Shown here one piece after another: positions 1-9,370 of a DNA stretch of 64,000 nt (within the stretch, counting starts at the first letter, position 1; every line of letters begins with the position of its first letter). The position numbers were made by a program, and so were the translations under genes. Under the pieces are notes generated by a model. That model was not told where the DNA came from. It made no database searches and saw only the letters and a program-made list of their open reading frames with translations. This DNA is from Minisyncoccota bacterium (GTDB lineage Bacteria > Patescibacteriota > Minisyncoccia > Phycocordibacterales > UBA2100), in contig DATDWX010000006.1 of the NCBI GenBank assembly GCA_036517335.1, positions 1,279 through 65,278 on the forward strand, in the 5' to 3' direction.

Positions 1-874
1 GCGCTCGGCAATGGAGAAACCCTGTCGCTCTACATTGGTCGAGTCCATCATGAGGAGAAGGACCTTACGGTCTTTAAATATGGAGAATTCGCGCATCTCT
101 TCTTCGGTCGGGATGCCGTCCACGTGATCGAGCTTGATATCGCCCGTGTGCACCACATCGCCCCACGGAGTCTCGATGATGACCCCCATCGAGTCTGGCA
201 CCGTGTGGGTCACATTGAAGAAGCGTACCGAAGAGGAGCCGAGCTTGATCACTTCGCCCTCTTCGACCTCGCGGATCATGAGAGGCGATTGGGTAAATTC
301 CTCTTGACGCTTTTTGATGATCTCGGCGGTGAGCTTGCGGGTGTAGATCGTCGGATTGCCGATCTTCTCGATGATGTACGGGATACCACCAACGTGATCG
401 AGATGGCCGTGGGTGATGATGAGCCCGCGAATTTTGTTTCGGCGCTCTTCGAGGTAGCTCGTATTGGGTAGGATGTAATCAATGCCGGGTGTTTCGACTT
501 CGGAAAATTGGAATCCACAATCGATGATGAAGATGTCATCGTTGTATTCCACAGCGACCATATTGCGGCCGATCTCTTCGACGCCACCGAAGGCGATCAC
601 GCGCACCGTGTCGGGAGCGAGAGCAGGAATAACGTCCGCACGTCCGCGCCGCTCCGAAGACGGCCCTTGATGTTCGAGCCGCAGCTTGGAGGGACGACGC
701 GGTGCCCGCGCTTGGCCTCCAAAGGATCGCCGCCCCGGCCGCGAGGATGGCCGACCCCTGGTGTCTCCCGATCCCCTTTGGTGCGGCCTCGTTCCGGCTC
801 CTGGAGGTCTTCCCCCGGTGCCAGGATGAGCCCCACGATGCGGTGGCCTCTGGTGTGGATTGTTGAAAGGTGTC
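1..874 (-). CDS. rnj: Ribonuclease J (MBL-fold/beta-CASP RNase), partial. The C-terminus lies outside the window, and the start is uncertain (ATG at 874, or internal GTG near 612, with an R/P/G-rich N-terminal extension).
   Basis: Minus-strand translation gives ...VIAFGGVEEIGRNMVAVEYNDDIFIIDCGFQFSEVETPGIDYILPNTSYLEERRNKIRGLIITHGHLDHVGGIPYIIEKI..., which matches the RNase J N-terminal MBL motif HxHxDH and its flanking blocks. No stop occurs before the window edge. Confidence 0.6.
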
Positions 875-968
875 ATAGGATGGAATGACCGTTGGTCTTG
901 AATTGTTATCAGTAATTATTTTGAGTTGCTTGAGGGGGCAAATCCCGTTAGAGGCCTACGGTCGACTT

Positions 969-2840
969 TCATATTGAACGGGATGAAGCCTCTAACGGGG
1001 CAAATAGTTCCCATACGCGTTCCGTTTCGGCGTACCATTGGTGGACATCTGCGAAGCGATCGGCGGGCGTAGTGAGCGCCCCAAGCTCGACGCCTTGCAA
1101 TGTGCTCGGAAGCACATACAAAAAGTTGGGCGCGTACAGAAAGATCGCTGGCCTATCTTTCACCAGAATATCGGCGAATTGTGCATAGAGCTTGTCACGC
1201 GCACCAGTGTCGGTCGTCGCGCGGGCCTCCGCGAGTAGTGCGTCCGTCCTTGTATTTGCATACATTGCGAGATTGAGGCCCGGGTCATTGCGCTGGCTCG
1301 AGTGCCAAAATGCATAGAGATCAAGCTCCGGCCCGACAACTTCCCCAAAGAGCAGCGCATCATAATTGCGCGGACGGATCACGCTCGTATTTAGTTCAGA
1401 AAGCGGGTATATCTGTACGGAGACCGTGATCCCTGCTGCCTTCCATGCACTCTCGAGCGATCGCGCGGTTGCCACGAGCTCCGGCTGATTCGCAGTCGCG
1501 AGCGTAAAGGAAAGAGTCCTCTTATCCTTTTTCCACCCCCCAGCAGGAGGAGCAGCAGAGTCGAATGTCCAACCGGCCCTCTGTAGAATCGCGCGCGCTT
1601 GCCCCGCTCGTGCGTTGTTTACTCCGTCCACGGCGCTCGTACCCACAGTGCTCGACGCTGCGGATCCACCAGGCGCACGCTTGAATAGCTGGGGCGTCGC
1701 CGGCTCTGTTTTTTCTAAAATTTCGGGGGGGATGGGCCCGGCGAGGCTCGCACCGAATCCGTTGAGGTTTTGGGTGATGATCGCCTGTTTGTCTATTGCC
1801 GTGTCCAGTGCCTCCCGCACCGATGCGTCGGCAAGGAGTGCGTTCCTCGATTGGTTAAAAAAGACGCCGAAGACGCGCGGCAGTGGCACCGAGGCAAGTG
1901 CAATATCGCTGCGATCGAGAGCTAAAAGATCGGCAGGAGTAATGCCCGCAACCGCGTCGATCTCTCCGGCACCGAGTGCCCCGACCAATTTGTCGGAATT
2001 ATCAAAAAACACAAACGAGATCCGCGAAAGATACGGACTCCCGAGCGCAAAATCCTTAAACGGGCTTAGATCGTAGCGCACGGCAGCACCGCTCTGATCC
2101 GTTGCGACCTTCCCGATCTTGTACGGGCCGCTTCCCACCGGACGCGTATTTAATGGACTAAACGGGAACTCTTCGGCTGACGTATGTTCCCACAATGCCT
2201 TTGGCAAGATGCCGAGAGTCGTGTTTTGGATGAACGGAGCATACGCGTGTGGGAGTGTGAAAACGACGGTTGAGGGATCAGGGCTGGAAGCGACCACGCC
2301 TACCCAATCAGCGCGACGAGGCGAATTGAGCGCCGGATCCTGCGCTTCTTGGATTGTAAAGAGCACATCGGCGGCAGTGACGCTCGAGCTGTCGTGGAAG
2401 CTAACCTCCGGACGGAGTTTGAAGGTATAGGTGCGTCCGTCGGCCGACACCGTATAGCTCTTTGCAAGATCGGGCACCAGCGTGCCATCCGGAAGCGCAC
2501 GCATGAGGCCGGAATATATCAATGCGGTCAAATCTTGATCGGGCTGTGAGATGGTGAGGAGGGGATTGATAAAGCGGGCGGGTCCGATCTCTCCTTCAAT
2601 GAGTGTGCCACCGTGCGCGGGGACCACCACGGACGCTGCCGTATTGAGACCTGCGAGCAATATGAGCGTGGAAAGTCCGAGGATCGCGGAGAGCATATAC
2701 AAAAGGACCCGCTCGCTCGGGCTAAAACGCCGCAGCGTAGCTTCGACCGCGCCGAGCCTGTTCGCGCGGCGCTCTTTCATGAGAGCAGCTTTCCAACCGC
2801 CGCTCGTACTTTCAGCAACATCATCTGAGTATTCTTCCAT
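969..2840 (-). CDS. ABC transporter substrate-binding protein, family 5 (peptide/nickel, OppA/DppA-like)
   Basis: The 623-aa ORF has an N-terminal TM/signal segment followed by blocks typical of SBP_bac_5 proteins (GGTL..., YTFKLR, LDRS...). Confidence 0.65.
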   Translation of the reverse strand: MEEYSDDVAESTSGGWKAALMKERRANRLGAVEATLRRFSPSERVLLYMLSAILGLSTLILLAGLNTAASVVVPAHGGTLIEGEIGPARFINPLLTISQPDQDLTALIYSGLMRALPDGTLVPDLAKSYTVSADGRTYTFKLRPEVSFHDSSSVTAADVLFTIQEAQDPALNSPRRADWVGVVASSPDPSTVVFTLPHAYAPFIQNTTLGILPKALWEHTSAEEFPFSPLNTRPVGSGPYKIGKVATDQSGAAVRYDLSPFKDFALGSPYLSRISFVFFDNSDKLVGALGAGEIDAVAGITPADLLALDRSDIALASVPLPRVFGVFFNQSRNALLADASVREALDTAIDKQAIITQNLNGFGASLAGPIPPEILEKTEPATPQLFKRAPGGSAASSTVGTSAVDGVNNARAGQARAILQRAGWTFDSAAPPAGGWKKDKRTLSFTLATANQPELVATARSLESAWKAAGITVSVQIYPLSELNTSVIRPRNYDALLFGEVVGPELDLYAFWHSSQRNDPGLNLAMYANTRTDALLAEARATTDTGARDKLYAQFADILVKDRPAIFLYAPNFLYVLPSTLQGVELGALTTPADRFADVHQWYAETERVWELFAPLEASSRSI

Positions 2841-2924
2841 AATTCATGTTTTACCAATCTGCTCCAGGCCACCCTCATCGGTACCGATGTAGAGCGTTTG
2901 CAACCCTTACAACGACCACAGATC

Positions 2925-3185
2925 CTAAGCTACAGCATTCCCGATCAGCGCCACGAGCGCGGAGATGGCAAGAAGCACTCCGAGCACGATGGTCGCATTG
3001 AAAAGCGTCCTCTCCAACCCGCGGCGCGTGTGGAACCCAGATGAGAAATTATCCGCGCCAAACGCTCCGCCCAAGGATGCACCTGTGCGTTGCAGCAAAA
3101 TCGCCACCATCAGAAGGATAGCGAGAATAATCTGCACTATGGGCAGCAATCCCTGGAGAAAAGCCATGCCCCAGTATGCTAGCAC
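2925..3185 (-). CDS. secG: Preprotein translocase subunit SecG
   Basis: 86 aa with two TM segments and the glycine-rich LQRTGASLGGAFGA motif characteristic of SecG. Confidence 0.6.
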   Translation of the reverse strand: MLAYWGMAFLQGLLPIVQIILAILLMVAILLQRTGASLGGAFGADNFSSGFHTRRGLERTLFNATIVLGVLLAISALVALIGNAVA

Positions 3186-3290
3186 AGGGGATTTTCGGAT
3201 GCAATAGCCACACCCCTTGACCGTACCCCTACCACTCCTATATATTGAGCCTCCCTTAAGAACTCATTAGTAAGTTTTAGTCAAAAAAAC

Positions 3291-3605
3291 ATGGCGAATA
3301 AAAAAATGAACATCCAGCCCACCGGCGATCGCGTGCTCGTGCAGCGCGAAGATGTATCGGCCAAGAAATCTCCCGGCGGCATCATCATCCCCGATACGGC
3401 AACCAAAGAGAAATCCAAAGTGGGCGTCGTTCTTGCGGTCGGCCCGGGTCGCTACGGTGATGAGGGGGACCTTATCCCCATGACGGTGAGACCGGGCACG
3501 AAGGTCATTTTCAACGCGGGTTGGGACAACGAGATCCAGATGGGAGAAGCGGAAGAAGAATTTTTCCTTGTCAAAGAGAGCGATATCCTGGCAATTATTA
3601 AATAA
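3291..3605 (+). CDS. groES: Co-chaperonin GroES
   Basis: 104 aa reading MNIQPTGDRVLVQRE...GGIIIPDTAKEK..., a canonical GroES. It lies directly upstream of groEL. Confidence 0.95.
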   Translation: MANKKMNIQPTGDRVLVQREDVSAKKSPGGIIIPDTATKEKSKVGVVLAVGPGRYGDEGDLIPMTVRPGTKVIFNAGWDNEIQMGEAEEEFFLVKESDILAIIK

Positions 3606-3654
3606 AAAGGTTAAAAAGGGGTTTACGAAACCCCTTTGACGTTCAAAAAAAATT

Positions 3655-5304
3655 ATGGCAAAGCAGGTGATATTTGATCAAGAGGTGAGAAGCGCGCTCA
3701 AGCGCGGCGTGGACATAGTGGCAAACGCCGTGAAGGTGACGCTCGGGCCCAAAGGGCGCAACGTGGCACTCTCCAAATCATGGGGAAGCCCGACGATCAC
3801 GAATGACGGTGTCTCGATCGCAAAAGAGATCACCCTCGCCGACAAATTTGAAGACATGGGTGCTTCAATAGTTAAAGAAGTTGCGACCAAGACCAATGAT
3901 AAGGCGGGGGACGGCACCACGACAGCGGTCGTGCTTACACAGGCCATCATCCATGAGGGCCTGAAGAAGACCGCACTCGGCGCCAACGCAATGATGGTGC
4001 GCCGCGGTATCGAAGCAGCCGCGAAAGACGCCGTAAAGGCCCTTATAGATATGGCGAAGCCAGTGAAAGGCAAAGCAGAAATTCGCCAGGTTGCGACCGT
4101 TTCATCGGAGTCGGAAGAGCTTGGCAAGACGATCGCGGAAGTCGTGGAAAAGGTAGGCAAGGACGGGGTGGTCACGGTGGAAGAGGCGCAGACGACCGAG
4201 ATCGGCTACGAATATGTCGAAGGAATGGAATTTGATCGCGGCTACGTCTCGGCCTATATGATCACCAATGCCGATCGCATGGAAGCCATTGCTTCGGACG
4301 CTCCCATCCTCATCACCGACAAGAAGATCTCGACCATCAAAGACATTCTGCCAGTTCTCGAAAAAGTCGCGCAGTCGGGAAAGAAAGAGCTCGTCATCAT
4401 CGCCGACGATGTGGATGGTGAAGCGCTCGCGACGTTCGTCGTCAACAAACTGCGAGGAGTTTTCAACGTGCTAGCGGTCAAGGCACCCGGCTACGGCGAT
4501 CGCAAGAAAGAGATGCTCGCTGATATCGCGATCACCGTTGGCGGGCAGGTTATATCGGAAGACCTCGGGCTTAAGCTCGAAAACACGGAATTAAGCATGC
4601 TCGGCCGGGCGAATCGCGTGGTGGCCACTAAGGATTCTACGGTCATAGTGGGCGGCAAAGGCAAGAAAGCCGACATCGAGGAGCGCGTGGCACAGCTCCG
4701 CAAACAGCTCGAGCAAACCGACTCAAAGTTTGACAAAGAAAAATTGGAAGAGCGCATCGCCAAGCTCACAGGCGGCGTCGCCGTCATCCGCGTGGGCGCC
4801 GCGACGGAGACGGAGATGAAATACCTCAAAGATAAAATAGAGGACGCGGTAAACGCGACGAAAGCGGCGATCGCCGAAGGCATAGTCCCGGGCGGCGGCG
4901 CTGCGCTCGCTAAGGTCGCCGACAAGCTCGGAAAGAAAGTGGACGTGAAAGCACACGACGAATACACCGTGGGCTACCGCATACTCCTCACAGCGCTCTC
5001 TGCGCCACTTTTGCAGATCGCCAAGAACGCAGGCCGCGAAGATGGTGCCGTCATTCTGAAAGAAGTCGCATCGAAGGCAGCAGGCTGGGGATTCGACGCA
5101 TCAGCGGAATCCGCCGACCCGATGATGGTAGACATGTACGAAGCCGGTATCATCGACCCCGTGAAGGTCACCAGAAGCTGTGTAGAAAACTCCGCCTCCG
5201 CCGCAGCCGTGCTGCTCACGACCGAAGCGGCGGTAGCCGACATCCCCGAAGACAAAAAATCTGGTGGAGGCGGCATGGGCGGTGGAATGGGTGAGATGGA
5301 TTAA
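3655..5304 (+). CDS. groEL: Chaperonin GroEL (60 kDa)
   Basis: 549 aa. Canonical GroEL blocks ([22 protein letters not shown]) and a C-terminal GGM repeat tail. Confidence 0.97.
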   Translation: MAKQVIFDQEVRSALKRGVDIVANAVKVTLGPKGRNVALSKSWGSPTITNDGVSIAKEITLADKFEDMGASIVKEVATKTNDKAGDGTTTAVVLTQAIIHEGLKKTALGANAMMVRRGIEAAAKDAVKALIDMAKPVKGKAEIRQVATVSSESEELGKTIAEVVEKVGKDGVVTVEEAQTTEIGYEYVEGMEFDRGYVSAYMITNADRMEAIASDAPILITDKKISTIKDILPVLEKVAQSGKKELVIIADDVDGEALATFVVNKLRGVFNVLAVKAPGYGDRKKEMLADIAITVGGQVISEDLGLKLENTELSMLGRANRVVATKDSTVIVGGKGKKADIEERVAQLRKQLEQTDSKFDKEKLEERIAKLTGGVAVIRVGAATETEMKYLKDKIEDAVNATKAAIAEGIVPGGGAALAKVADKLGKKVDVKAHDEYTVGYRILLTALSAPLLQIAKNAGREDGAVILKEVASKAAGWGFDASAESADPMMVDMYEAGIIDPVKVTRSCVENSASAAAVLLTTEAAVADIPEDKKSGGGGMGGGMGEMD

Positions 5305-5375
5305 TCCACTAAAAAAGCGACCCTCGGACATGATTAGTCCGAGGGTTCTCGCCTTCGGCTGTTGTCGCGGTGTCG

Positions 5376-5783
5376 CTACAGCGGGCGGAGAGGTTTGAGC
5401 CCCTCCTGGTATGGGCGGAAAAACTCCGGCGTGTACCAACCAAGAGGTCGCATTCTCCAGAACAGGTATCTACACACCGAGTTGTTCGGATCCGGTCCGC
5501 AGAAGTGAAACTTCTGGCCGTGACGTTCGAGCTCGAAGACGTCGAATGCCACGCGCATACACCAATCGCATCGAAACTGTGGTGTGCGGATATTCCGTAG
5601 ATACTCGTCGAATATCTGCGAGGATTCCCATGCGTTTGAACGAGCAGACCAATACGACCACCTGCAGATCGAATTGTTCGGATCCGGTCCGCAGAAATGG
5701 AACGTCTGCCCGTGCCGCTCAATTTCAAAAAGATCGGATGACGTGCGTCTGCACCAATCACAACGATGCCTCGTCTGTGCCAT
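5376..5783 (-). CDS. Hypothetical Cys-rich protein with two tandem copies of a CxxC...HFCGPDPNNSxC module (TRASH/YHS-like metal-binding zinc ribbon?)
   Basis: The 135-aa ORF contains two ~60-aa repeats (RCDWC...ERHGQxFHFCGPDPNNSxCR). The underlying DNA carries a 26-bp direct repeat (ttgttcggatccggtccgcagaa) at 5481 and 5672. Confidence 0.35.
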   Translation of the reverse strand: MAQTRHRCDWCRRTSSDLFEIERHGQTFHFCGPDPNNSICRWSYWSARSNAWESSQIFDEYLRNIRTPQFRCDWCMRVAFDVFELERHGQKFHFCGPDPNNSVCRYLFWRMRPLGWYTPEFFRPYQEGLKPLRPL

Positions 5784-5883
5784 TTTGAACCTCCGTCATA
5801 GGGTCTCAACCATTTACCCGGAAAATTGAAGGCCACCCCACCGCGACTCTAGCACTCTCTAGAAGAAATGCTACAATTGCTCC

Positions 5884-6441
5884 ATGATCACCTACATAGT
5901 TCTAGCAGTCGTCGTTATTATCATTATTTGGTTTGCCGCTACTTATAATCGTTTTGTCACACTTACCCAGCGGGTGAAAGAGGCATGGGCGGATATTGAT
6001 GTTCAGCTCAAACGGCGGTATGACTTGATACCGAATCTCGTGGAGACGGTCAAGGGATACGCGGCACACGAAGCGGGGACTCTGCAGAAGGTCACCGAGA
6101 TGCGCACGCGCGCTATGAACGCGACCGCTCCCGCAGAAAGAGCGGAGGCGGAAAATATGCTTACCGGCGCGCTCAAGACACTCTTTGCTGTGAGTGAAAA
6201 TTATCCCAATCTGAAGGCCAATGAGAATTTTGCAGAGCTCCAGCGCGAGCTCTCCGACACCGAAAACAAGATCCAAGCCGCCCGCCGCTTCTACAACGGC
6301 GTCGTCATGGACCTCAACACCAAGCTCCAATCCTTCCCGAGCAACTTTGTCGGCAACATGTTTGGATTCAAGCCGAGTGATTTCTTCCAGCTTGGCGACG
6401 CCGAAGCAGCCGCCCGCGAGCCGGTGAAGGTGAAGTTCTAG
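5884..6441 (+). CDS. LemA family protein
   Basis: 185 aa with an N-terminal TM helix followed by the conserved LemA block (YNRFVTLTQRVKEAWADIDVQLKRRYDLIPNLV...). Confidence 0.85.
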   Translation: MITYIVLAVVVIIIIWFAATYNRFVTLTQRVKEAWADIDVQLKRRYDLIPNLVETVKGYAAHEAGTLQKVTEMRTRAMNATAPAERAEAENMLTGALKTLFAVSENYPNLKANENFAELQRELSDTENKIQAARRFYNGVVMDLNTKLQSFPSNFVGNMFGFKPSDFFQLGDAEAAAREPVKVKF

Positions 6442-6442
6442 T

Positions 6443-6814
6443 ATGCTCACATACTTGCGAGTGCTTCGAATACTTAATTATGCAGGACTCATCTGGTTCG
6501 GGATTTTGGGTGTGGCATTTAGCACCACTTATTTTGTTATGCGATTTGTCTTCTTGGACACTGAGATGCCGGATTACATCGGTCTGCCGCTTGCCTACTT
6601 CCTCCTATTTGCGGTCTTTTCCGCAGTATTTTGGAGCGCCCTTCTGTTTATTCTTGCCACCATTTCATTCGTAGTTGAGAAAAGGTACTTCAGGAAGAAT
6701 AATTTGCAGGACAAGAGATTTTGGCAATACCCGGCGTTCTGGCTAGGTATCTTATCTGCGACGGTATTTATTGGGCAGGCATCACTTATCGCTTCTGGCT
6801 TTTACCTAGAATAG
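6443..6814 (+). CDS. Hypothetical membrane protein (4 predicted TM segments)
   Basis: 123-aa hydrophobic ORF immediately downstream of lemA; its start overlaps the lemA stop. Confidence 0.4.
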   Translation: MLTYLRVLRILNYAGLIWFGILGVAFSTTYFVMRFVFLDTEMPDYIGLPLAYFLLFAVFSAVFWSALLFILATISFVVEKRYFRKNNLQDKRFWQYPAFWLGILSATVFIGQASLIASGFYLE

Positions 6815-6888
6815 ATATTTTTGATTGGCTGTGGCGCCGCCTTGCGAATTCATTTGCCCATCATGCGCACGGCGGGTACAATGGAACC

Positions 6889-7137
6889 ATGAGATCGAAA
6901 ACAACTGCGACAAAAAGGAAGGTGGTCCCCGGATACGATTTCTCCTATTTGTACCCGAAATATAGGGGGAAATGGGTTGCACTCACGCGCGATGCAAAGC
7001 GCGTGCTGGCCGTAAGTGATACTCTTGCCGGATTGGATCGGGATGCTGGAAAAGCTCTCGACGACGGAAAGGCGACTGTATATAGAGTGCCTGATACAGA
7101 TGCGTATTTTGTTGGCGGCTATGCGTTATTCATATAG
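6889..7137 (+). CDS. Small hypothetical protein upstream of the retropepsin-like protease
   Basis: 82-aa ORF (MRSKTTATKRKVVPGYDF...). It is the internal ATG of a longer ORF whose frame begins with TTG. Confidence 0.3.
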   Translation: MRSKTTATKRKVVPGYDFSYLYPKYRGKWVALTRDAKRVLAVSDTLAGLDRDAGKALDDGKATVYRVPDTDAYFVGGYALFI

Positions 7138-7183
7138 CATTGCGTTTCCTCCAAGAGAGGACGGTTCGTACATAATCCGCCCA

Positions 7184-7540
7184 ATGGTCGACATAAGAAT
7201 TTTTGGTCCCCAAGGTGAAAGAAATGCTAAGGCGCTTATCGATTCCGGGGCAGACTTTTCCATTGCACATGCAGAATACGCCGAAAAGCTCGGCGTTGAA
7301 AAGCAGCGCGACATTGAAATCGTTGGAGTAAACCGGCAACCTTTGAAAGGCTTTGTCGGAGTTATGGCACTGCATATTGAAGGTATTCCTGGCATGCGCG
7401 ACGTTCCATTCGTGTTTGTCGATCGGCCCTCGGAACACATAATTCTCGGTCAAGAAGGCTTTTTCGATATGCATCAAATACGGTTTGCACGACACCAGCG
7501 AATGTTCGAGATCACGAAGGTCCGCAATAAAAGCTCATAA
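7184..7540 (+). CDS. Retropepsin-like (retroviral-type) aspartic protease domain protein. The start is uncertain, with possible upstream starts at 7016 or 7100.
   Basis: Contains ALIDSGADFSIAH (the D-S/T-G-A catalytic motif of the retropepsin clan) followed by ILGQEGFF. Confidence 0.55.
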   Translation: MVDIRIFGPQGERNAKALIDSGADFSIAHAEYAEKLGVEKQRDIEIVGVNRQPLKGFVGVMALHIEGIPGMRDVPFVFVDRPSEHIILGQEGFFDMHQIRFARHQRMFEITKVRNKSS

Positions 7541-7542
7541 TT

Positions 7543-8439
7543 ATGGCAACACTATATACGCAACAAGGCCGGAATGTCTTCCGCACATGGGTGCTGATGG
7601 GCAGTTTTTTGGTGTTTGTCATCCTGATCGGCTGGGGCGCTTCGTACTACTTCAACAGTTCGGCCGTTCTTTATGGCGCGGTTGTGTTTGCTTTTTTCAT
7701 GAACATTTGGGCGTACTGGTTTTCCGATAAAGTCGCCATTCGCTCGACGGGCGCCAAGCCGGCCGACGAGCAGGAGTATCGTGAATTGCACCGCATCGTG
7801 GAGAATCTAGCCATCACTGCAGGATTGCCGAAGCCTAGGGTATACATCATTGAAGACCCCGCACCGAATGCCTTTGCCACGGGGCGCGACAAAGATCATG
7901 CGGTAATCGCTGTCACGACCGGACTTCTGGCTACGATGGAGCGCGCTGAATTGGAGGGAGTGCTGGCCCATGAGCTTTCGCACGTGGGCAATCGCGATAT
8001 TTTGGTCATGACGGTCGTGGTGGTGCTGGTGGGATTCATTTCGGTGCTTGCCAACATAGCGATGCATATGAGCGCGTTTGGAAGTGGGAGAGACCGGGAA
8101 CGCAATAACAATCCCATCATCTTGATTGCGGTCATTGCTGCCATGATACTTGCGCCGATCGCAGCACAACTCATCCAACTCGCCATTTCCCGTCGCCGAG
8201 AATTCCTTGCGGACGCCTCTGGTGCACTCCTCACGCGCTATCCGGAAGGATTGGCATCGGCCTTGCAAAAGATCGGTCGCTACAGCGCACCGATGCAACG
8301 GGCTTCTCCCACGACCGCGCACCTCTTCATCTCAAATCCTTTTGGCGCGCGTCAAGCAGGGGCTTGGATGCAGAAGCTATTCAGCACACACCCGCCGGTA
8401 GCCGAGCGCGTCGCCGCTCTGCAGGGTATGAACGTATGA
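7543..8439 (+). CDS. htpX: Zinc metalloprotease HtpX
   Basis: 298 aa. HELSHV (HExxH), TM segments and the overall HtpX architecture (AHELSHVGNRDIL). Confidence 0.9.
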   Translation: MATLYTQQGRNVFRTWVLMGSFLVFVILIGWGASYYFNSSAVLYGAVVFAFFMNIWAYWFSDKVAIRSTGAKPADEQEYRELHRIVENLAITAGLPKPRVYIIEDPAPNAFATGRDKDHAVIAVTTGLLATMERAELEGVLAHELSHVGNRDILVMTVVVVLVGFISVLANIAMHMSAFGSGRDRERNNNPIILIAVIAAMILAPIAAQLIQLAISRRREFLADASGALLTRYPEGLASALQKIGRYSAPMQRASPTTAHLFISNPFGARQAGAWMQKLFSTHPPVAERVAALQGMNV

Positions 8440-9131
8440 GTGAAGGGCTTAGTGGCGCGCCGCGCCCACCTTGGCGAGACAAATTGGAAATCGTGCGGCA
8501 AAATATTAAACGCACACAAGCAGAGACAAGTCTTGAACAAGAGCGGGAAATAAGCAATGCATTAAGAGATCGGGCCGAGGATGACAAACGAGATTTCGAC
8601 TCTCTTACGGGTCTTTTGCGACGAGACAGATTCGAGGCTGGAGTACAAGCGATTCTCTCACCCTCAGACGAACAGAATACGATCCGTCAGAAGCGCTTGA
8701 GCTTGCTCTTTGTCGACATCGATAATTTCAAAGCGGTGAACGACACATTCGGGCATGACAAGGCCGATGACGTGCTGCGCGCCGTCGCAGACGTGCTCAA
8801 AAAAGGCGTGCGTGAAGATGACATCGTTGCGCGTTGGGGTGGTGAAGAATTGGTCGTTGCGCTTCCGGGTGCGACAGAGCGGATGGCCGCTGAAATAGCC
8901 GAGGAGTTGCGGAAGAAAATAGAGCAGCTTCGGTTTGGCGAAGCAAAACTTCGCGTCACCGCAAGCGTCGGGGTTGCGGCATCAGACGGCGAAAATCCGC
9001 GTGCTCTCCCGGAACTAATGAAATCTGCCGATGATGCGATGTATTTTTCCAAAGAAAGCGGACGCAATCGCGTGACCACCGAGTCCGGGCGAGAAACAGA
9101 AGTAAGGAGGCAGGGAGAACTTAATGTTTAA
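8436..9131 (+). CDS. GGDEF-domain protein (diguanylate cyclase-like) with a degenerate GGEEL signature
   Basis: LLFVDIDNFKAVNDTFGH...RWGGEELVV...SVGVA blocks of a GGDEF domain. The ATG overlaps the htpX stop (ATGA). Confidence 0.8.
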   Translation: MSEGLSGAPRPPWRDKLEIVRQNIKRTQAETSLEQEREISNALRDRAEDDKRDFDSLTGLLRRDRFEAGVQAILSPSDEQNTIRQKRLSLLFVDIDNFKAVNDTFGHDKADDVLRAVADVLKKGVREDDIVARWGGEELVVALPGATERMAAEIAEELRKKIEQLRFGEAKLRVTASVGVAASDGENPRALPELMKSADDAMYFSKESGRNRVTTESGRETEVRRQGELNV

Positions 9132-9218
9132 GGACGTGAATAGAGCGATATATCGCTCTATTTGCAGGTGATCCACAATCATTTTGTGGATATATATTCG
9201 CTGACATATACTAAACAC

Positions 9219-9303
9219 GGAGGCGTCGCATAGTGGTCTAGTGCGCGCGCTTGGAAAGCGCGTGTGCCGCAAGGCACCGAGAGTTCGAATCTCTCCGCCT
9301 CCG
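9219..9303 (+). tRNA. tRNA-Ser (anticodon GGA), long variable arm
   Basis: Cloverleaf readable by eye: 7-bp acceptor ggaggcg/cgcctcc, anticodon loop ttGGAaa, long extra arm, T-loop gttcgaatc. Confidence 0.8.
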
Positions 9304-9370
9304 TTTTATACTCAGCATATCCCAGAAATAACTGGCACAGGAGAAAGATGTCTGATAAAACTAGTCCCTA

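Noticed and set aside
124-471. 115-aa plus-strand ORF and other short ORFs in 1..900
   Set aside because: They are antisense to a clear RNase J coding frame (HGHLDH motif region), and their translations have no features.
3678-5439. Multiple 75-175-aa minus-strand ORFs inside groEL
   Set aside because: They are antisense frames within a highly conserved chaperonin gene; they are Ser/Thr/Ala-rich and have no motifs.
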